A DNA stretch of 64,000 nucleotides from Verrucomicrobiota bacterium. GTDB taxonomy: Bacteria; Verrucomicrobiota; Verrucomicrobiia; Verrucomicrobiales; DEV007. The position numbers and the translations under genes were made by a program. Below, piece after piece: positions 49,601 through 58,813 of the stretch. Every line of letters starts with the position of its first letter. Positions within the stretch are counted from its first letter, which is position 1. The notes under the pieces were generated by a model. It was not told the DNA's origin. It saw only the letters and a list, made by a program, of their open reading frames with translations, and did no database searches. Location: assembly GCA_045046875.1 (NCBI GenBank), contig JASFYY010000008.1, forward strand, positions 1-64,000. Direction: 5' to 3'.

Positions 49601-50363
49601 AATTATTTCGCTGGCGAAAACCCAATACCTCCAGTCCCGTGCCATCGAGGTTTACTCGCAAGGTCGATCCACGCTGAGTTCCCTGCAAACGCCTTCCCGA
49701 TTTATCAGTGACATCAAAACTGGCATCACCCTCCTTGAGATGATCACTACCATAACGCGCATCCCCTACCGTGAAATATAGCTTGCCATCAGGGCCAAGC
49801 ATCATCCCGTGAATCCCATGATCACTGTCCGTTCCTTTGAATCCACTCAATAGCGGATAACGTCGATCCACCTGATCGTCACCATCACTGTCCTCCAAAA
49901 CCAGCAGATCCGAACCATTGCCAAGATAGACCCGCGCTCCCGCGTACTTGCCATCTTTCCATATTTCCTCTACTGCCAGACCTAGCGGCGGCGGAAAAAT
50001 ATTGTCCGCAAAAACAATCACCTCATCCGCCTTACCATCACCATTGCTATCGCGCAGGATTTTTATTTTATCCGCGTCTTTAGCCCGTTCGAGCCCCTCC
50101 TGCGGTTTGGCAAAAAGCCGATAATTCAAACCCTCGGCAATCCAAACCCTGCCCCGCGAATCGATATCCATACTGGTCGGATTGGCCAGCATAGGTTCAC
50201 TTGCCCACAGTGATACCGCAAAACCCTGCGCAGGTTTCAGCGTGGCCAGCGACTTTTCAGCAGACAACTGCGCCTTGCCCCAGGGAGATGGCAACAACAG
50301 CGCAAATAGAACTGCCACAAAAAATGAATGTTTAGTCCTGATATCAAAAATCAATGTATTCAT
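46659..50363 (-). CDS. PVC-type heme-binding CxxCH protein (membrane-bound dehydrogenase-like beta-propeller + HEAT repeats + cytochrome c)
   Basis: WASEPMLANP...DSRGRVW, FRPADV..PDGS, HEAT region, CGICH...GPDLS...SLMPEGL. ATG at 50363. Confidence 0.9.
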   Translation of the reverse strand: MNTLIFDIRTKHSFFVAVLFALLLPSPWGKAQLSAEKSLATLKPAQGFAVSLWASEPMLANPTSMDIDSRGRVWIAEGLNYRLFAKPQEGLERAKDADKIKILRDSNGDGKADEVIVFADNIFPPPLGLAVEEIWKDGKYAGARVYLGNGSDLLVLEDSDGDDQVDRRYPLLSGFKGTDSDHGIHGMMLGPDGKLYFTVGDARYGSDHLKEGDASFDVTDKSGRRLQGTQRGSTLRVNLDGTGLEVLGFRQRNNYGTFADSFGKVFTSDNDDDGQRGCRMIWLMDGGNYGYRTPGSNRHSAEEMPGIIPKIVGTGNGAPAGLLVYEGDLFPDEYRGAVLQLDAGTHQVNFMPLQRKGAAFRGDYRVLLQGEDSWFRPADVAVAPDGSVFICDWYDAASGGNRFSDRDTGRIYRITYPAREKENKKEVKGNDFKTLSGLIEALKSPNVATRVVARKGLLEHGAAAHEQVMDLFVSGRPRERARALFVLAALPQSSKADLLSALKDDDARIRELALSILARDLNRVLLVGPESALNAEPPAIAVLDQILPLVKDPDAGVRRELILALRHVESEKSAAALLDLAEAWDGQDRYYLEALRAAFIDRQKHLLTDLFDRLGDRWRKSVLGQKSKKQAAYQSTALPPYYPVTTNDAFPRVDDPSPPATAGSKLIGLAWALGRVEALGSLREMLEEGESASLLRGVDLALDQIDSPEAGELLVARFFENPNSQRRCDILNMLGTKLNASWAAARDSEETGKMFETALSVKDLRVSAIDAIARSGISGFNDQLLLLVTADNEQESVRVAAIEALGRLQFEPLRPVLETLVNQCKGKTRAGALDFAALSALSRFSRDKQKPSLDSITGDQTYPLDFRRRAVQTLSASPAGAQILLGMQRSERLPEDLYKEVLALLHSHPDKGIRRKAEKEMPMPETGGAMSMEALSAALTAPADAKRGQEVFNRATACGICHRVQGVGNWVGPDLSTIGTKYGKRELLYHIINPSGTISYAYVSDVLSLSDGRILSGLIVSENKRQVVLKTAQGQRIEIAASEIEKKQAQTMSLMPEGLVAALSEQDLADLLEYLTTLRQPVSEVGQYYVLGPLAKGAYEGGGEIDLGAKVKGAEATEVSWRLLSANRENLLDLSASLGSELEREVFVFTPLVSDRVQKAKVIFTSIAPLALWHNGRQVKLNPLEAGIFKGLQQASLNLEAGKNRLVIRVGGGQSGTRLVTTLISDYPLQFDIK

Positions 50364-50470
50364 AAAAAGTCCTATTAAATGCGTATTGATAACCGTGATC
50401 AGCGCCAAATCTGCAATGGGTAATTTCCACCACCCACAAGGTAAGTATAGAGCTCAATGTCATCATTTTA

Positions 50471-51271
50471 TTGAAATTCAGACATAAAGAGCCACAGTAT
50501 CCAGACGTGGTAAAAAATCAGCACAGCTCCCAGCAAGAGGCTCTGGCTTATCAGACCTCTTTCCTAGAGAACCTGCAAGGTCAGCCTTTTCGAGAGCTTT
50601 TTGAGCACTTGCCCGGAGTGTATTTTTTCATCAAAGATGCGCAGTCCCGAATGGTATGCGCCAGCCGCCCGATCCTTGATCGCTTTGGATTAGAAAAAGA
50701 AACCGACATCGTCGGCACCAGCGACTACGACTATTTCCCCGAACACATCGCCGCCGCTTTTGTGCGTGACGATCAATGGGTTTTAAAAAGTGGCCAGGCA
50801 CTGCTCAATCGCGTCGAAGTTTGGTATAACGCTCAACGTCTGCTCGACTGGTACCTCACCAACAAACTTCCCTTGCGTGACCACCAGGGCAAAGTGGTCG
50901 GCATCATGGGAACCGTGCAGAGCTACGAAGACAAAAAGCGCATGGTCTTGCCGGTGTCTCAAATAGAACAAGCCGTCGCTTATATTCAGAGCAACCTGGG
51001 TAGCCAGATCAAAGTTGATGATATCGCCCGACAACTGGGGTTTTCATCCCGTCAATTACACCGGCGCTTCCAAGAAGTTTTTGGCATGAACGTGCGCGAC
51101 TTCATCATGCGCAGCCGAATCAATGAAGCCACCGAAAAACTCAGCTCAAGCGCCCAGACTCTAAGCGATATCGCCATCGACTGCGGTTTCTGCGACCAGA
51201 GTGCTTTCACCGCCCAATTCAAAAAAATCACCGGAATGACCCCACTTAAATTTCGCCAACGCTACCAATAA
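50471..51271 (+). CDS. AraC-family transcriptional regulator with PAS domain
   Basis: FFIKD...GTSDYDYFP PAS region; IAIDCGFCDQSAFTAQFKK HTH; paralogue of 6481-7296. Start uncertain. Confidence 0.92.
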   Translation: MKFRHKEPQYPDVVKNQHSSQQEALAYQTSFLENLQGQPFRELFEHLPGVYFFIKDAQSRMVCASRPILDRFGLEKETDIVGTSDYDYFPEHIAAAFVRDDQWVLKSGQALLNRVEVWYNAQRLLDWYLTNKLPLRDHQGKVVGIMGTVQSYEDKKRMVLPVSQIEQAVAYIQSNLGSQIKVDDIARQLGFSSRQLHRRFQEVFGMNVRDFIMRSRINEATEKLSSSAQTLSDIAIDCGFCDQSAFTAQFKKITGMTPLKFRQRYQ

Positions 51272-51362
51272 TCGCAGTATGAAAAACGATAACTGAGGTT
51301 TTCAGTGATACTGACTCAACCCCATGTTTATATTTTCGATATGCTGTCCCTTTGCTCCCCCC

Positions 51363-52817
51363 TCACGCAATGATCCCCTTCACCACCTCTCCCGCCACAT
51401 CGGTCAGGCGAAAATCCCTTCCAGCATAACGATAAGTCAGGCGTTCATGATCCAGCCCCATCAGGTGCAACACGGTTGCGTGCAGATCGTGAATATGCAC
51501 GCGGTCATACACGGCCTTGAATCCAAAATCATCGGTGGATCCGTGCACATGCCCGCCCTTCACTCCGCCGCCGGCCAGCCACATGCTGAAGCCATGATTG
51601 TTATGATCGCGCCCCTTGCCCAATCCCTTGTTAGTTCCCGGCGCTGGCAATTCGATCGTCGGGGTGCGGCCAAATTCCCCGCCCCACATCACCAGCGTTT
51701 CATCCAACAGACCACGCTCTTTCAAATCCTTCAACAAAGCCGCCATCGGCTGATCCCACATGTCCGCCTTTTTCTGATGCAACATGATATCATCATGATC
51801 ATCCCAGGGAATACCTTTGCCTGTCCAAGCCTGCACAAAACGCACCCCGCGCTCGATCAAACGACGCGCGATCAACAATTGCCGTCCATGCGGAGTATCG
51901 CCATACATCTGACGAATCGATTCCGGTTCGGTGGAAACATCAAACACATCCGCTGCTTCCATCTGCATGCGGTAAGCCAGATCAAAAGACTGGATCCGCG
52001 CTTCCAGCGGCCCGTCGTCCACCACCTTTTCCGCCTGCTCTTCATGCAAGGCCTTCAACAAATCCAACTGCTTGCGCTGCTGCGAAAAACTGATGCTATT
52101 GTTTTTGATGTTGTCGATCAACTGCTCGATCTTGGTGTATTCGGTATTGATAAAAGTGCCCTGATAAGCCGCCGGCAAAAAAGCCGACTGCCAATTACGC
52201 GGGCCAAAACGACTGGGATAACCACCGGGGCAAAGTGAAACAAAACCCGGCAGATTCTCATTCTCCGTGCCCAAACCATAATTGATCCACGACCCCATGC
52301 TCGGTCGTGACTGAATCGGGTCGCCGCAGTTCATCTCCATGAACGAAGGGGGATGGTTCGGCACCGAACAGTGCATCGAACGTATGATGCACATATCATC
52401 CACATGCTCAGCCGTGCGCTTGAAAAGATCGCTCACCTCGATTCCACTTTGGCCATATTTTCGGAATTTCCAGCGCGACTTATAACCCATACCCGTCTTG
52501 CGCTCGGTTTTGTAGTGCAGCGGCAAGATCTTGCCATCAAAACGATCCAATTCCGGCTTGGGATCAAAGGTATCCACCTGGGATGGCGCTCCGTTCATGA
52601 ACAAATGAATCACATGTTTGGCAGTCGCTGGAAAATGAGGCTTTTTCGGCGCCAGCGGAGATCTCGAAATGGCCGCTTCAACCGATTCACTCAACAACCC
52701 TTCTTCCGCCATCAAAGCTCCCAGAGCCAATGCACCAAAACCCGTGCCTGAACGATTCAAGAACTCTCGCCGAGAAGGGAAATTTTCAATATTTGATTGT
52801 GGTTCTTCTGGACTCAT
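51363..52817 (-). CDS. DUF1501 domain protein (Tat-exported)
   Basis: SRREFL Tat motif; HLFMNGAPSQVDTFDPK, ARRLIERGVRFV, GGEFGRTP, GRDHN. Confidence 0.93.
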   Translation of the reverse strand: MSPEEPQSNIENFPSRREFLNRSGTGFGALALGALMAEEGLLSESVEAAISRSPLAPKKPHFPATAKHVIHLFMNGAPSQVDTFDPKPELDRFDGKILPLHYKTERKTGMGYKSRWKFRKYGQSGIEVSDLFKRTAEHVDDMCIIRSMHCSVPNHPPSFMEMNCGDPIQSRPSMGSWINYGLGTENENLPGFVSLCPGGYPSRFGPRNWQSAFLPAAYQGTFINTEYTKIEQLIDNIKNNSISFSQQRKQLDLLKALHEEQAEKVVDDGPLEARIQSFDLAYRMQMEAADVFDVSTEPESIRQMYGDTPHGRQLLIARRLIERGVRFVQAWTGKGIPWDDHDDIMLHQKKADMWDQPMAALLKDLKERGLLDETLVMWGGEFGRTPTIELPAPGTNKGLGKGRDHNNHGFSMWLAGGGVKGGHVHGSTDDFGFKAVYDRVHIHDLHATVLHLMGLDHERLTYRYAGRDFRLTDVAGEVVKGIIA

Positions 52818-52822
52818 AACTC

Positions 52823-55800
52823 TTATTGGATAAATACAAACTCGTTCGACATCAGCAGCACATGCGCATAACTCTGCCATGGCCCAAACTCACCGGGCTG
52901 AATTTTGCCAGCGATGGATTTTACCGGTTTTGGAAAAGCGCGTTTTGCCGACCAAAGAATCTTGCGCTCCCCCTCCTTGACCACCACCGGGATCCACTGG
53001 AAAGCATCGTAATAACCATCGCCCATCGCATCGACGATAAAATCCAACACATCCCCCTTTTTCACCTCAATCGATTGCAGGGAAGTCTCAACCTTTGTGT
53101 TATGCGCCACCCATTGTTTGATTTTACCCTTCGCCCCGTAAAGCGTGGCGCGGATGCCATTGCCCTGTTCAACTCCATGACTCAAGTTACCAATAATGTT
53201 CACCCTACCGGTCACCGGACTGGTCCAACGACGGACGAGCGCGTGCCTGCCCCCGCCCGCATGCCCTCCGGCAGGAGTCAAACGCGTCCAGCCCAAGCCA
53301 TTCTTTTTGTCCGGATAGTCAACATCTCCCTGCATCTTGCTTGACGTGTGATAGGGAAAGCTTTTCATCGCCTTATGATCATAGGCCTGCTTAACGCTGT
53401 CATAAACCACGTAACCATAAGACCACGGTGACGGTCCCTTCATTTTGGCCTTTTCACTTTTTGACTTGTCAGCGTCCGGCTGATTATAGTTATTGATAAA
53501 TTCCGCAGCGGCACGCAGTTCTCCCTCGCTAGGATCACGGTTAAAAGCCAACTGATAGATGCGCCGAACTCGTGCCTGCTGATCTTTGATCGCTGCAACA
53601 TCCTTGCGCTCAACCAAAGCCGCCGCAAGTTCCATCACAAAAGGGTTATTCATCATGTAGAGCCCCTGGGTCGGCACCGTGGTGCTATTACGCTTCTCAT
53701 TCGTCTCATCGGGATTGGCAAAATCGAAGGTCAACAAAAGGGACGGCAATTTGTCCCGTGACACCGCCCCATAAACCGCCCGCCGATAAGGATTAAACCC
53801 CCAGGTCACACTGGCACCTCCCTGATTAATGGTAGGATCTTTTATCAGCGTCACCGCCGGGCCACCCACTTTCGAATCCAGTTTACCCGACACCGCCAAC
53901 ATGCTGTCGTGAATCGCTTCGAATTCCAAACGCCTACGATTAAAACGCCAGAGCAAATTATTATCCGGATCGACCGCAAATTTCTTCGGATCTCCGTGAC
54001 TCGACTGCTGGTAAGTTGCCGAATTCATGATCAAACGATGCATGTGTTTGATCGACCAGCCTTTAGCCATGAACTCCCGCGCCAACCAGTTGAGCAAATC
54101 AACCTGCAGCGGCTCTTCGCAACGCAAACCAAAGTCACTCGGCGTATTGACCAGTCCCTGGCCAAAATGATAATTCCAGATCCGGTTCACCATCACCCGG
54201 GCGGTAAGAGGGTTGTCCTCAGACGCAATAGCCTGAGCGAGTTCGAGGCGCCCTGCCCCTTTGCTGAAAGGTTTACGTGCATCCCCTTCGATGATTTTGA
54301 GAAACTGACGAGGCACGGCATCGCCTGGTCGTTTGTCGTTGCCACGAATAAAAATATGCGGATCGTAAAGTTCTTTTTTGTCGCGTACTACCATCGCCCG
54401 CCGTGGCGATCCCGGATGCATCGCCAAACGCAAAGTATAGTTTGCGTTCAGTTTGAGTAACTCAAGGTAAACTTTCCGCTCCAACTGCTTAAAATCCCCT
54501 GCCGGCAAAACCCCGGGAGCATCACTGCTATACAATAACTGACGTAATTGCTCACGCGAGGTATCAGCCAGCAATTTTGATTTTGCATCTTTTTTGAGAG
54601 CCTCCTGCCACTGCTTGTCGATAGATGAAAAAACCTGCTGATAAATATTCGCCACCTCTTTAAGTGAAGCCGGCGACTTACCTTTAAACGCCCCGACCAC
54701 CAGCGGATTCAATTGCACTCCCGGCAAATTATTTCCAGCAATCGCCAATACCAGTTTTTTTGCTTCTTGCGCAAAACCCGATTCTTCCAAAGCCACAAAA
54801 GCCTGCCACGCCCCAAAAACCGGATCATTGGGATGTTCCGCCAAATAATCCCTATAGCGAAGCGCAATATAAGGGCTCAACTTGCGCCTGCCAGCCAATA
54901 CCCGTAGCGCGTTATCTTTTTCTCCACGACCATCGGCAAGCACCATCAGGAAATCCCCGACTTGTTCACGGTACTGTTTCAATAACCTGACATGATTTTT
55001 GTCCTTATAGTCCTTGAGCTTTTTATCCTCTTCAGCTTTGAATTTTATAAATTCTTTATCCTGGTAGGAACCCGGTATAGGACGCCCGATCACTGGTAAC
55101 TCTTTGGGTTCCTCACAAGAGGCAAAAACTCCCAGCAGAGAATAAAAATCAGCGGTTGGAATGGGATCATACTTGTGGTCGTGGCAACGCGCGCAGGCAA
55201 TCGTCAAACCCAGCATTCCCCTACCCAGAGTATCCACCCGATCCGCCCATTGCTCCACCTCCCCGCCGCCATTGGAGCGACGGTTCACCGTGATGAATCC
55301 CAGTGCCGCCAGCGAGGGATCGTTCGCTTTCCTGCCCAACTGATCCGCTGCAAGTTGCTCGATCAAAAACTGGTCAAAGGGTTTGTCACGATTGAAAGAA
55401 CGAATCACATAATCACGGTATGTGTAAGCATAAGGGTATTCCCGGGTCTCGCCAAAAATCGCCCCTTTCGAGTCCCCGTATCGCGCCACGTCCAGCCAGT
55501 GCCTGCCCCAACGTTCACCATAACGGCGATCTCTCAATAAGTTCTCAACCACCTTGGCAAAGGCCTCGTTGGACTTGTCCGCTAGAAAAACCTTCACTTC
55601 ATCCGGGCTGGGAGGAAGACCAATCAAATCAAAATAAGCTCGACGCAGCAAAGTGATTTTGTCCGATTTCGGAGAGGGTTCGAGTCCACCCTCGATCATA
55701 TTTTTAATGACAAAACGATCGATGATATTTTTTCCCCAGGCTGTTTTTTCAGCTTTGGGAACAACCGTATGTCCTACTGCTTGAAAAGCCCAATGGTCTC

Positions 55801-56308
55801 CCGCCTCCATCCAAATCCCGGCACGAGGATCCTTTTGTTCTTTTTTGCTATTGGCAATATCTGCCTCCGACTGCGGCCAAGGCGCGCCCATTTCGATCCA
55901 CTTGGTCAACAGATCCACCTGCTCCTGAGTCAGTTTCTTTTTAGGCGGCATCTCCAGCGTTTCCTCGGCATACTCCCCCGCCTGCCAGCGAATCGCTTTC
56001 ACCAGTAAACTGCCCTTCACGTTACCGGGAATAATAGCAGCGCCCAGATCCCCACCTTTCAAAATACGATGAATCGAATCGAGGCGTAATCCACCCTTCT
56101 GTTTTTTCTCGCCATGACATTTAAAACAATTCTCTGACAGCAAGGGCCTGATCTTGGTTTCGAAAAACAACTCATTACCAACCGTTTTCAGCTTACCTGC
56201 GTTTTGCCCGTGACTCTCTCCCGCAAAAGATATAATCGCTACAAGTGCAAACACAGCTTTGATGCTCCGGATGGCTGGCCCGCCATTATTTTCAACCTTG
56301 TATTTCAT
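52823..56308 (-). CDS. PSD1/planctomycete cytochrome c domain protein (DUF1549 + DUF1553)
   Basis: CFKCH, HWAF, YGERWGRHWLDVARY, CARCHDHKYDP, NPLTARVMVNRIW, RRLEFE. Confidence 0.93.
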   Translation of the reverse strand: MKYKVENNGGPAIRSIKAVFALVAIISFAGESHGQNAGKLKTVGNELFFETKIRPLLSENCFKCHGEKKQKGGLRLDSIHRILKGGDLGAAIIPGNVKGSLLVKAIRWQAGEYAEETLEMPPKKKLTQEQVDLLTKWIEMGAPWPQSEADIANSKKEQKDPRAGIWMEAGDHWAFQAVGHTVVPKAEKTAWGKNIIDRFVIKNMIEGGLEPSPKSDKITLLRRAYFDLIGLPPSPDEVKVFLADKSNEAFAKVVENLLRDRRYGERWGRHWLDVARYGDSKGAIFGETREYPYAYTYRDYVIRSFNRDKPFDQFLIEQLAADQLGRKANDPSLAALGFITVNRRSNGGGEVEQWADRVDTLGRGMLGLTIACARCHDHKYDPIPTADFYSLLGVFASCEEPKELPVIGRPIPGSYQDKEFIKFKAEEDKKLKDYKDKNHVRLLKQYREQVGDFLMVLADGRGEKDNALRVLAGRRKLSPYIALRYRDYLAEHPNDPVFGAWQAFVALEESGFAQEAKKLVLAIAGNNLPGVQLNPLVVGAFKGKSPASLKEVANIYQQVFSSIDKQWQEALKKDAKSKLLADTSREQLRQLLYSSDAPGVLPAGDFKQLERKVYLELLKLNANYTLRLAMHPGSPRRAMVVRDKKELYDPHIFIRGNDKRPGDAVPRQFLKIIEGDARKPFSKGAGRLELAQAIASEDNPLTARVMVNRIWNYHFGQGLVNTPSDFGLRCEEPLQVDLLNWLAREFMAKGWSIKHMHRLIMNSATYQQSSHGDPKKFAVDPDNNLLWRFNRRRLEFEAIHDSMLAVSGKLDSKVGGPAVTLIKDPTINQGGASVTWGFNPYRRAVYGAVSRDKLPSLLLTFDFANPDETNEKRNSTTVPTQGLYMMNNPFVMELAAALVERKDVAAIKDQQARVRRIYQLAFNRDPSEGELRAAAEFINNYNQPDADKSKSEKAKMKGPSPWSYGYVVYDSVKQAYDHKAMKSFPYHTSSKMQGDVDYPDKKNGLGWTRLTPAGGHAGGGRHALVRRWTSPVTGRVNIIGNLSHGVEQGNGIRATLYGAKGKIKQWVAHNTKVETSLQSIEVKKGDVLDFIVDAMGDGYYDAFQWIPVVVKEGERKILWSAKRAFPKPVKSIAGKIQPGEFGPWQSYAHVLLMSNEFVFIQ

Positions 56309-56318
56309 AACTTATTTA

Positions 56319-57554
56319 TCAAGCCGCTCCCTTCTCATTGATAACACCGCGTTGATTCGAAACCGATTGAGTGAGCTTCTCAATGATCGCTGCCGCTGCT
56401 CCGATTTGCTGACACTCATGCGGATCCCGCGCGGGCTGGTATATCTCACACTGCGCAGAACTAAGCTTTAGTGAACGTTCATCGGTCCAAACCACCACCC
56501 GTTCAAATAGCCCGTCTTGAGCGGCGAGAAATTTCCCGTATATAAAAATCGCCTGCGGATTAAAAATATTCACCGCCGCCGCCAAGCCAATAGCGAGATA
56601 GCGTCCCGCATGTTCAAAGATATCATCAAATTCTCTGTCACCAGATCGAACCCGTTCGATCAGCTCGGAAAGCGTCACCGAGTTGCCCATCCGTTTCGAA
56701 ACCGCGTTCAGGACAGCTCGATCGGACGCAATCGTTTCGAGACAGCCACGGTTGCCACAGCCGCAAAGTTCCCCTTCCGCATCCACCGTGATATGTCCTA
56801 ACTCTCCCGCCAGCCCGCCTCGCCCATCCACCAGTCGACCGCCATTGCAAGCCGCGATGCCCAAGCCTCCGGCATAATTCACCACCACAAAATCCTCCAT
56901 GCCACGAGCCCCGCCGTGTCGTGACTCAAAAAGATAATGCGCCGCCATCGCCGGAACCAACACCGCAGGAAAACCTAGATTTTTTTCCAGATCCAAGCCC
57001 ACCTGTTTTCCCTCCAACCAAAGTAAATTCGGACTCAATAATACGGTTTCATTTTCCGCGTCCAGCAAACCCGGCAGGCAGATGCCCAAACCCAGCACCC
57101 GGGCGGAATTATTCGAAATCCGATCCTTTAAAATCCCAGTCACTTTTTTCAGCAAACCCGCATAGGTGTTCGGCGTAGAAAAAACTTCTATTTCGCCTTG
57201 TTGTAAAACCCCATCCAAACCCGATGGGATCAGACTGCACCGATGCGCGCCGATCACCAGACTGAACACCCGTGACTCGCGATTCGCCAAGGCGACCGTT
57301 TTGCCCGGCCTGCCAAGATCCGGCTGTTTCAACTCCCCCTCCTCCACCATCGAGGCTTCAAACAACTCTCCAACAATTTTGCTGACAGTCGGGTGACTCA
57401 GTCCCGTCCTCCTGACAATTTCCGCCCGCGTCAGGGCTCCTTCACCTCTCAATACACTAATCACCTTCTCTTCATTCAAGCGACGCAACAAGCTTGGTTC
57501 CGCTTTGGCGGGCGAATCCGATGAGCTTGAGACTTGTGACGAAGGCGATGCCAT
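56319..57554 (-). CDS. ROK family transcriptional repressor
   Basis: N-terminal HTH (TRAEIVRRTGLSHPTVSKIV, GRP); GELGH...CGCGNRGCLE. Confidence 0.93.
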   Translation of the reverse strand: MASPSSQVSSSSDSPAKAEPSLLRRLNEEKVISVLRGEGALTRAEIVRRTGLSHPTVSKIVGELFEASMVEEGELKQPDLGRPGKTVALANRESRVFSLVIGAHRCSLIPSGLDGVLQQGEIEVFSTPNTYAGLLKKVTGILKDRISNNSARVLGLGICLPGLLDAENETVLLSPNLLWLEGKQVGLDLEKNLGFPAVLVPAMAAHYLFESRHGGARGMEDFVVVNYAGGLGIAACNGGRLVDGRGGLAGELGHITVDAEGELCGCGNRGCLETIASDRAVLNAVSKRMGNSVTLSELIERVRSGDREFDDIFEHAGRYLAIGLAAAVNIFNPQAIFIYGKFLAAQDGLFERVVVWTDERSLKLSSAQCEIYQPARDPHECQQIGAAAAIIEKLTQSVSNQRGVINEKGAA

Positions 57555-57557
57555 ACC

Positions 57558-57586
57558 CTACTTATTAAATGTCATTTAATAAGTAG
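57558..57586. promoter_or_regulatory. Perfect 14-bp inverted repeat, putative ROK operator
   Basis: CTACTTATTAAATG-T-CATTTAATAAGTAG, 3 bp upstream of the ROK start codon. Confidence 0.75.
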
Positions 57587-57678
57587 CAAATGCTTTTTTT
57601 ATTAATTTGCAAGAGCCTCCCCCTCCTTGGAGGCGTAAAACGATGTTCCTGCATCGTTTCTTACGGAAAACCGCCTAT

Positions 57679-58794
57679 TCAACGGGCAGCCCCGGATATC
57701 AGATCCGAAACCGGATTGAGCAACAGCTCTCCAGACACATTAAAGGGAAGCGATGTCAGGATCACGCAGGACCAAGCCTTTTTTGGATCCGCCCAGGCCA
57801 GAGTTCCGGTCGCTCCCCGATGACCAAAAGTTCGCTTGGAACACGACTTGCCAAAACTACCGGGCGACAGATCAAAACCAAGGCCACGTGGCGTGAATCC
57901 AGGCGGATTTTGATTTCGAACCATCCTCAGGGCGGTTTCTCTTTTTAGAACCTTACCATCAGGATGGAGAAAACTACGCAGAAATATCGTTACATCCAAA
58001 GCCGTGCAATGCGCCCCTCCCCAAGGAGCTGCAAAGTCTCTCCAGTAAGGACTGTTCCAGTCCCAGTCCTTAGTATTGGCCGCCCCAGCTCCCGATTCTT
58101 TGGCAGCATTCTCAATCTGCCCACGAACCACATCAGCCATTTCAAATTCACCCATCCCCAGTGCACTGTGTTTCATGCCTAGAGGAATAAATAATTCCTG
58201 CTTAAGGAAATCCCGGAAAGGTGTTTTTGTGATCCGCTCAGCAATTTCCGATGCCAATAAAATTCCCATACTTTGATAAGAATATTTTGTTCCCGGCTTA
58301 AAAAGCAGCGGCGTGCGCACTGCACCTTTCACAAATTCTTTCAGCGGAGCATGAGCTGCTCTCAGCGTAGCATTTTCTTCAAGTTGATCCGGAAGACCTG
58401 ATGTGTGAGTGAGCAATTGTTTGATAGTAATATCCTTGCGGTCCCCTTGCGAAAATTCCGGTATGAATTTGCGGACAGGATCAGACAATTTCAACTCCCC
58501 TCTATCGGCAAGAATCATGATCCCTGCCGCTGACATTGGCTTGGTGATCGACGCGATAAGAAATATCGCCCCTGTTGCATCCAGTACAGCCGCTTTACCC
58601 AGAGATGCACCATAAGTCTCTGATTCACTTCGAATCAATATCTCAGCTGATTCCAGCTTGCCTGAATCTATCTGATCCTGGATGAGTTGAACGGCAGCAT
58701 CAAAAGCATCATCCATAAGCGCAGCGGCGTTTGCGATTCGCATGCCGGAGAAAACCCCAGCTGCTGTTGTGCTCATGAATCGCCGCCGCTTCAT
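57679..58794 (-). CDS. Serine hydrolase (class C beta-lactamase-related), Tat-exported
   Basis: MKRRRF Tat-like leader; ASITK (SxxK), LLTHTSGL, PGTKYSY, GHRGATG. Confidence 0.88.
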   Translation of the reverse strand: MKRRRFMSTTAAGVFSGMRIANAAALMDDAFDAAVQLIQDQIDSGKLESAEILIRSESETYGASLGKAAVLDATGAIFLIASITKPMSAAGIMILADRGELKLSDPVRKFIPEFSQGDRKDITIKQLLTHTSGLPDQLEENATLRAAHAPLKEFVKGAVRTPLLFKPGTKYSYQSMGILLASEIAERITKTPFRDFLKQELFIPLGMKHSALGMGEFEMADVVRGQIENAAKESGAGAANTKDWDWNSPYWRDFAAPWGGAHCTALDVTIFLRSFLHPDGKVLKRETALRMVRNQNPPGFTPRGLGFDLSPGSFGKSCSKRTFGHRGATGTLAWADPKKAWSCVILTSLPFNVSGELLLNPVSDLISGAAR

Positions 58795-58813
58795 TTCCCT
58801 GTCTAAAAAATTA

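Noticed and set aside
48969..49781. 270-aa plus-strand ORF and similar ORFs (35290-36096, 39434-40156, 39543-40244, 45353-45994, 61404-62030)
   Set aside because: All overlap motif-supported genes in another frame or strand and are typical shadow ORFs.
51324..52238. 304-aa plus-strand ORF
   Set aside because: Antisense to the well-supported DUF1501 gene.
57679..58794. Antibiotic-resistance beta-lactamase
   Set aside because: The SxxK fold is shared by many esterases and peptidases; YxN and KTG are not canonical here.
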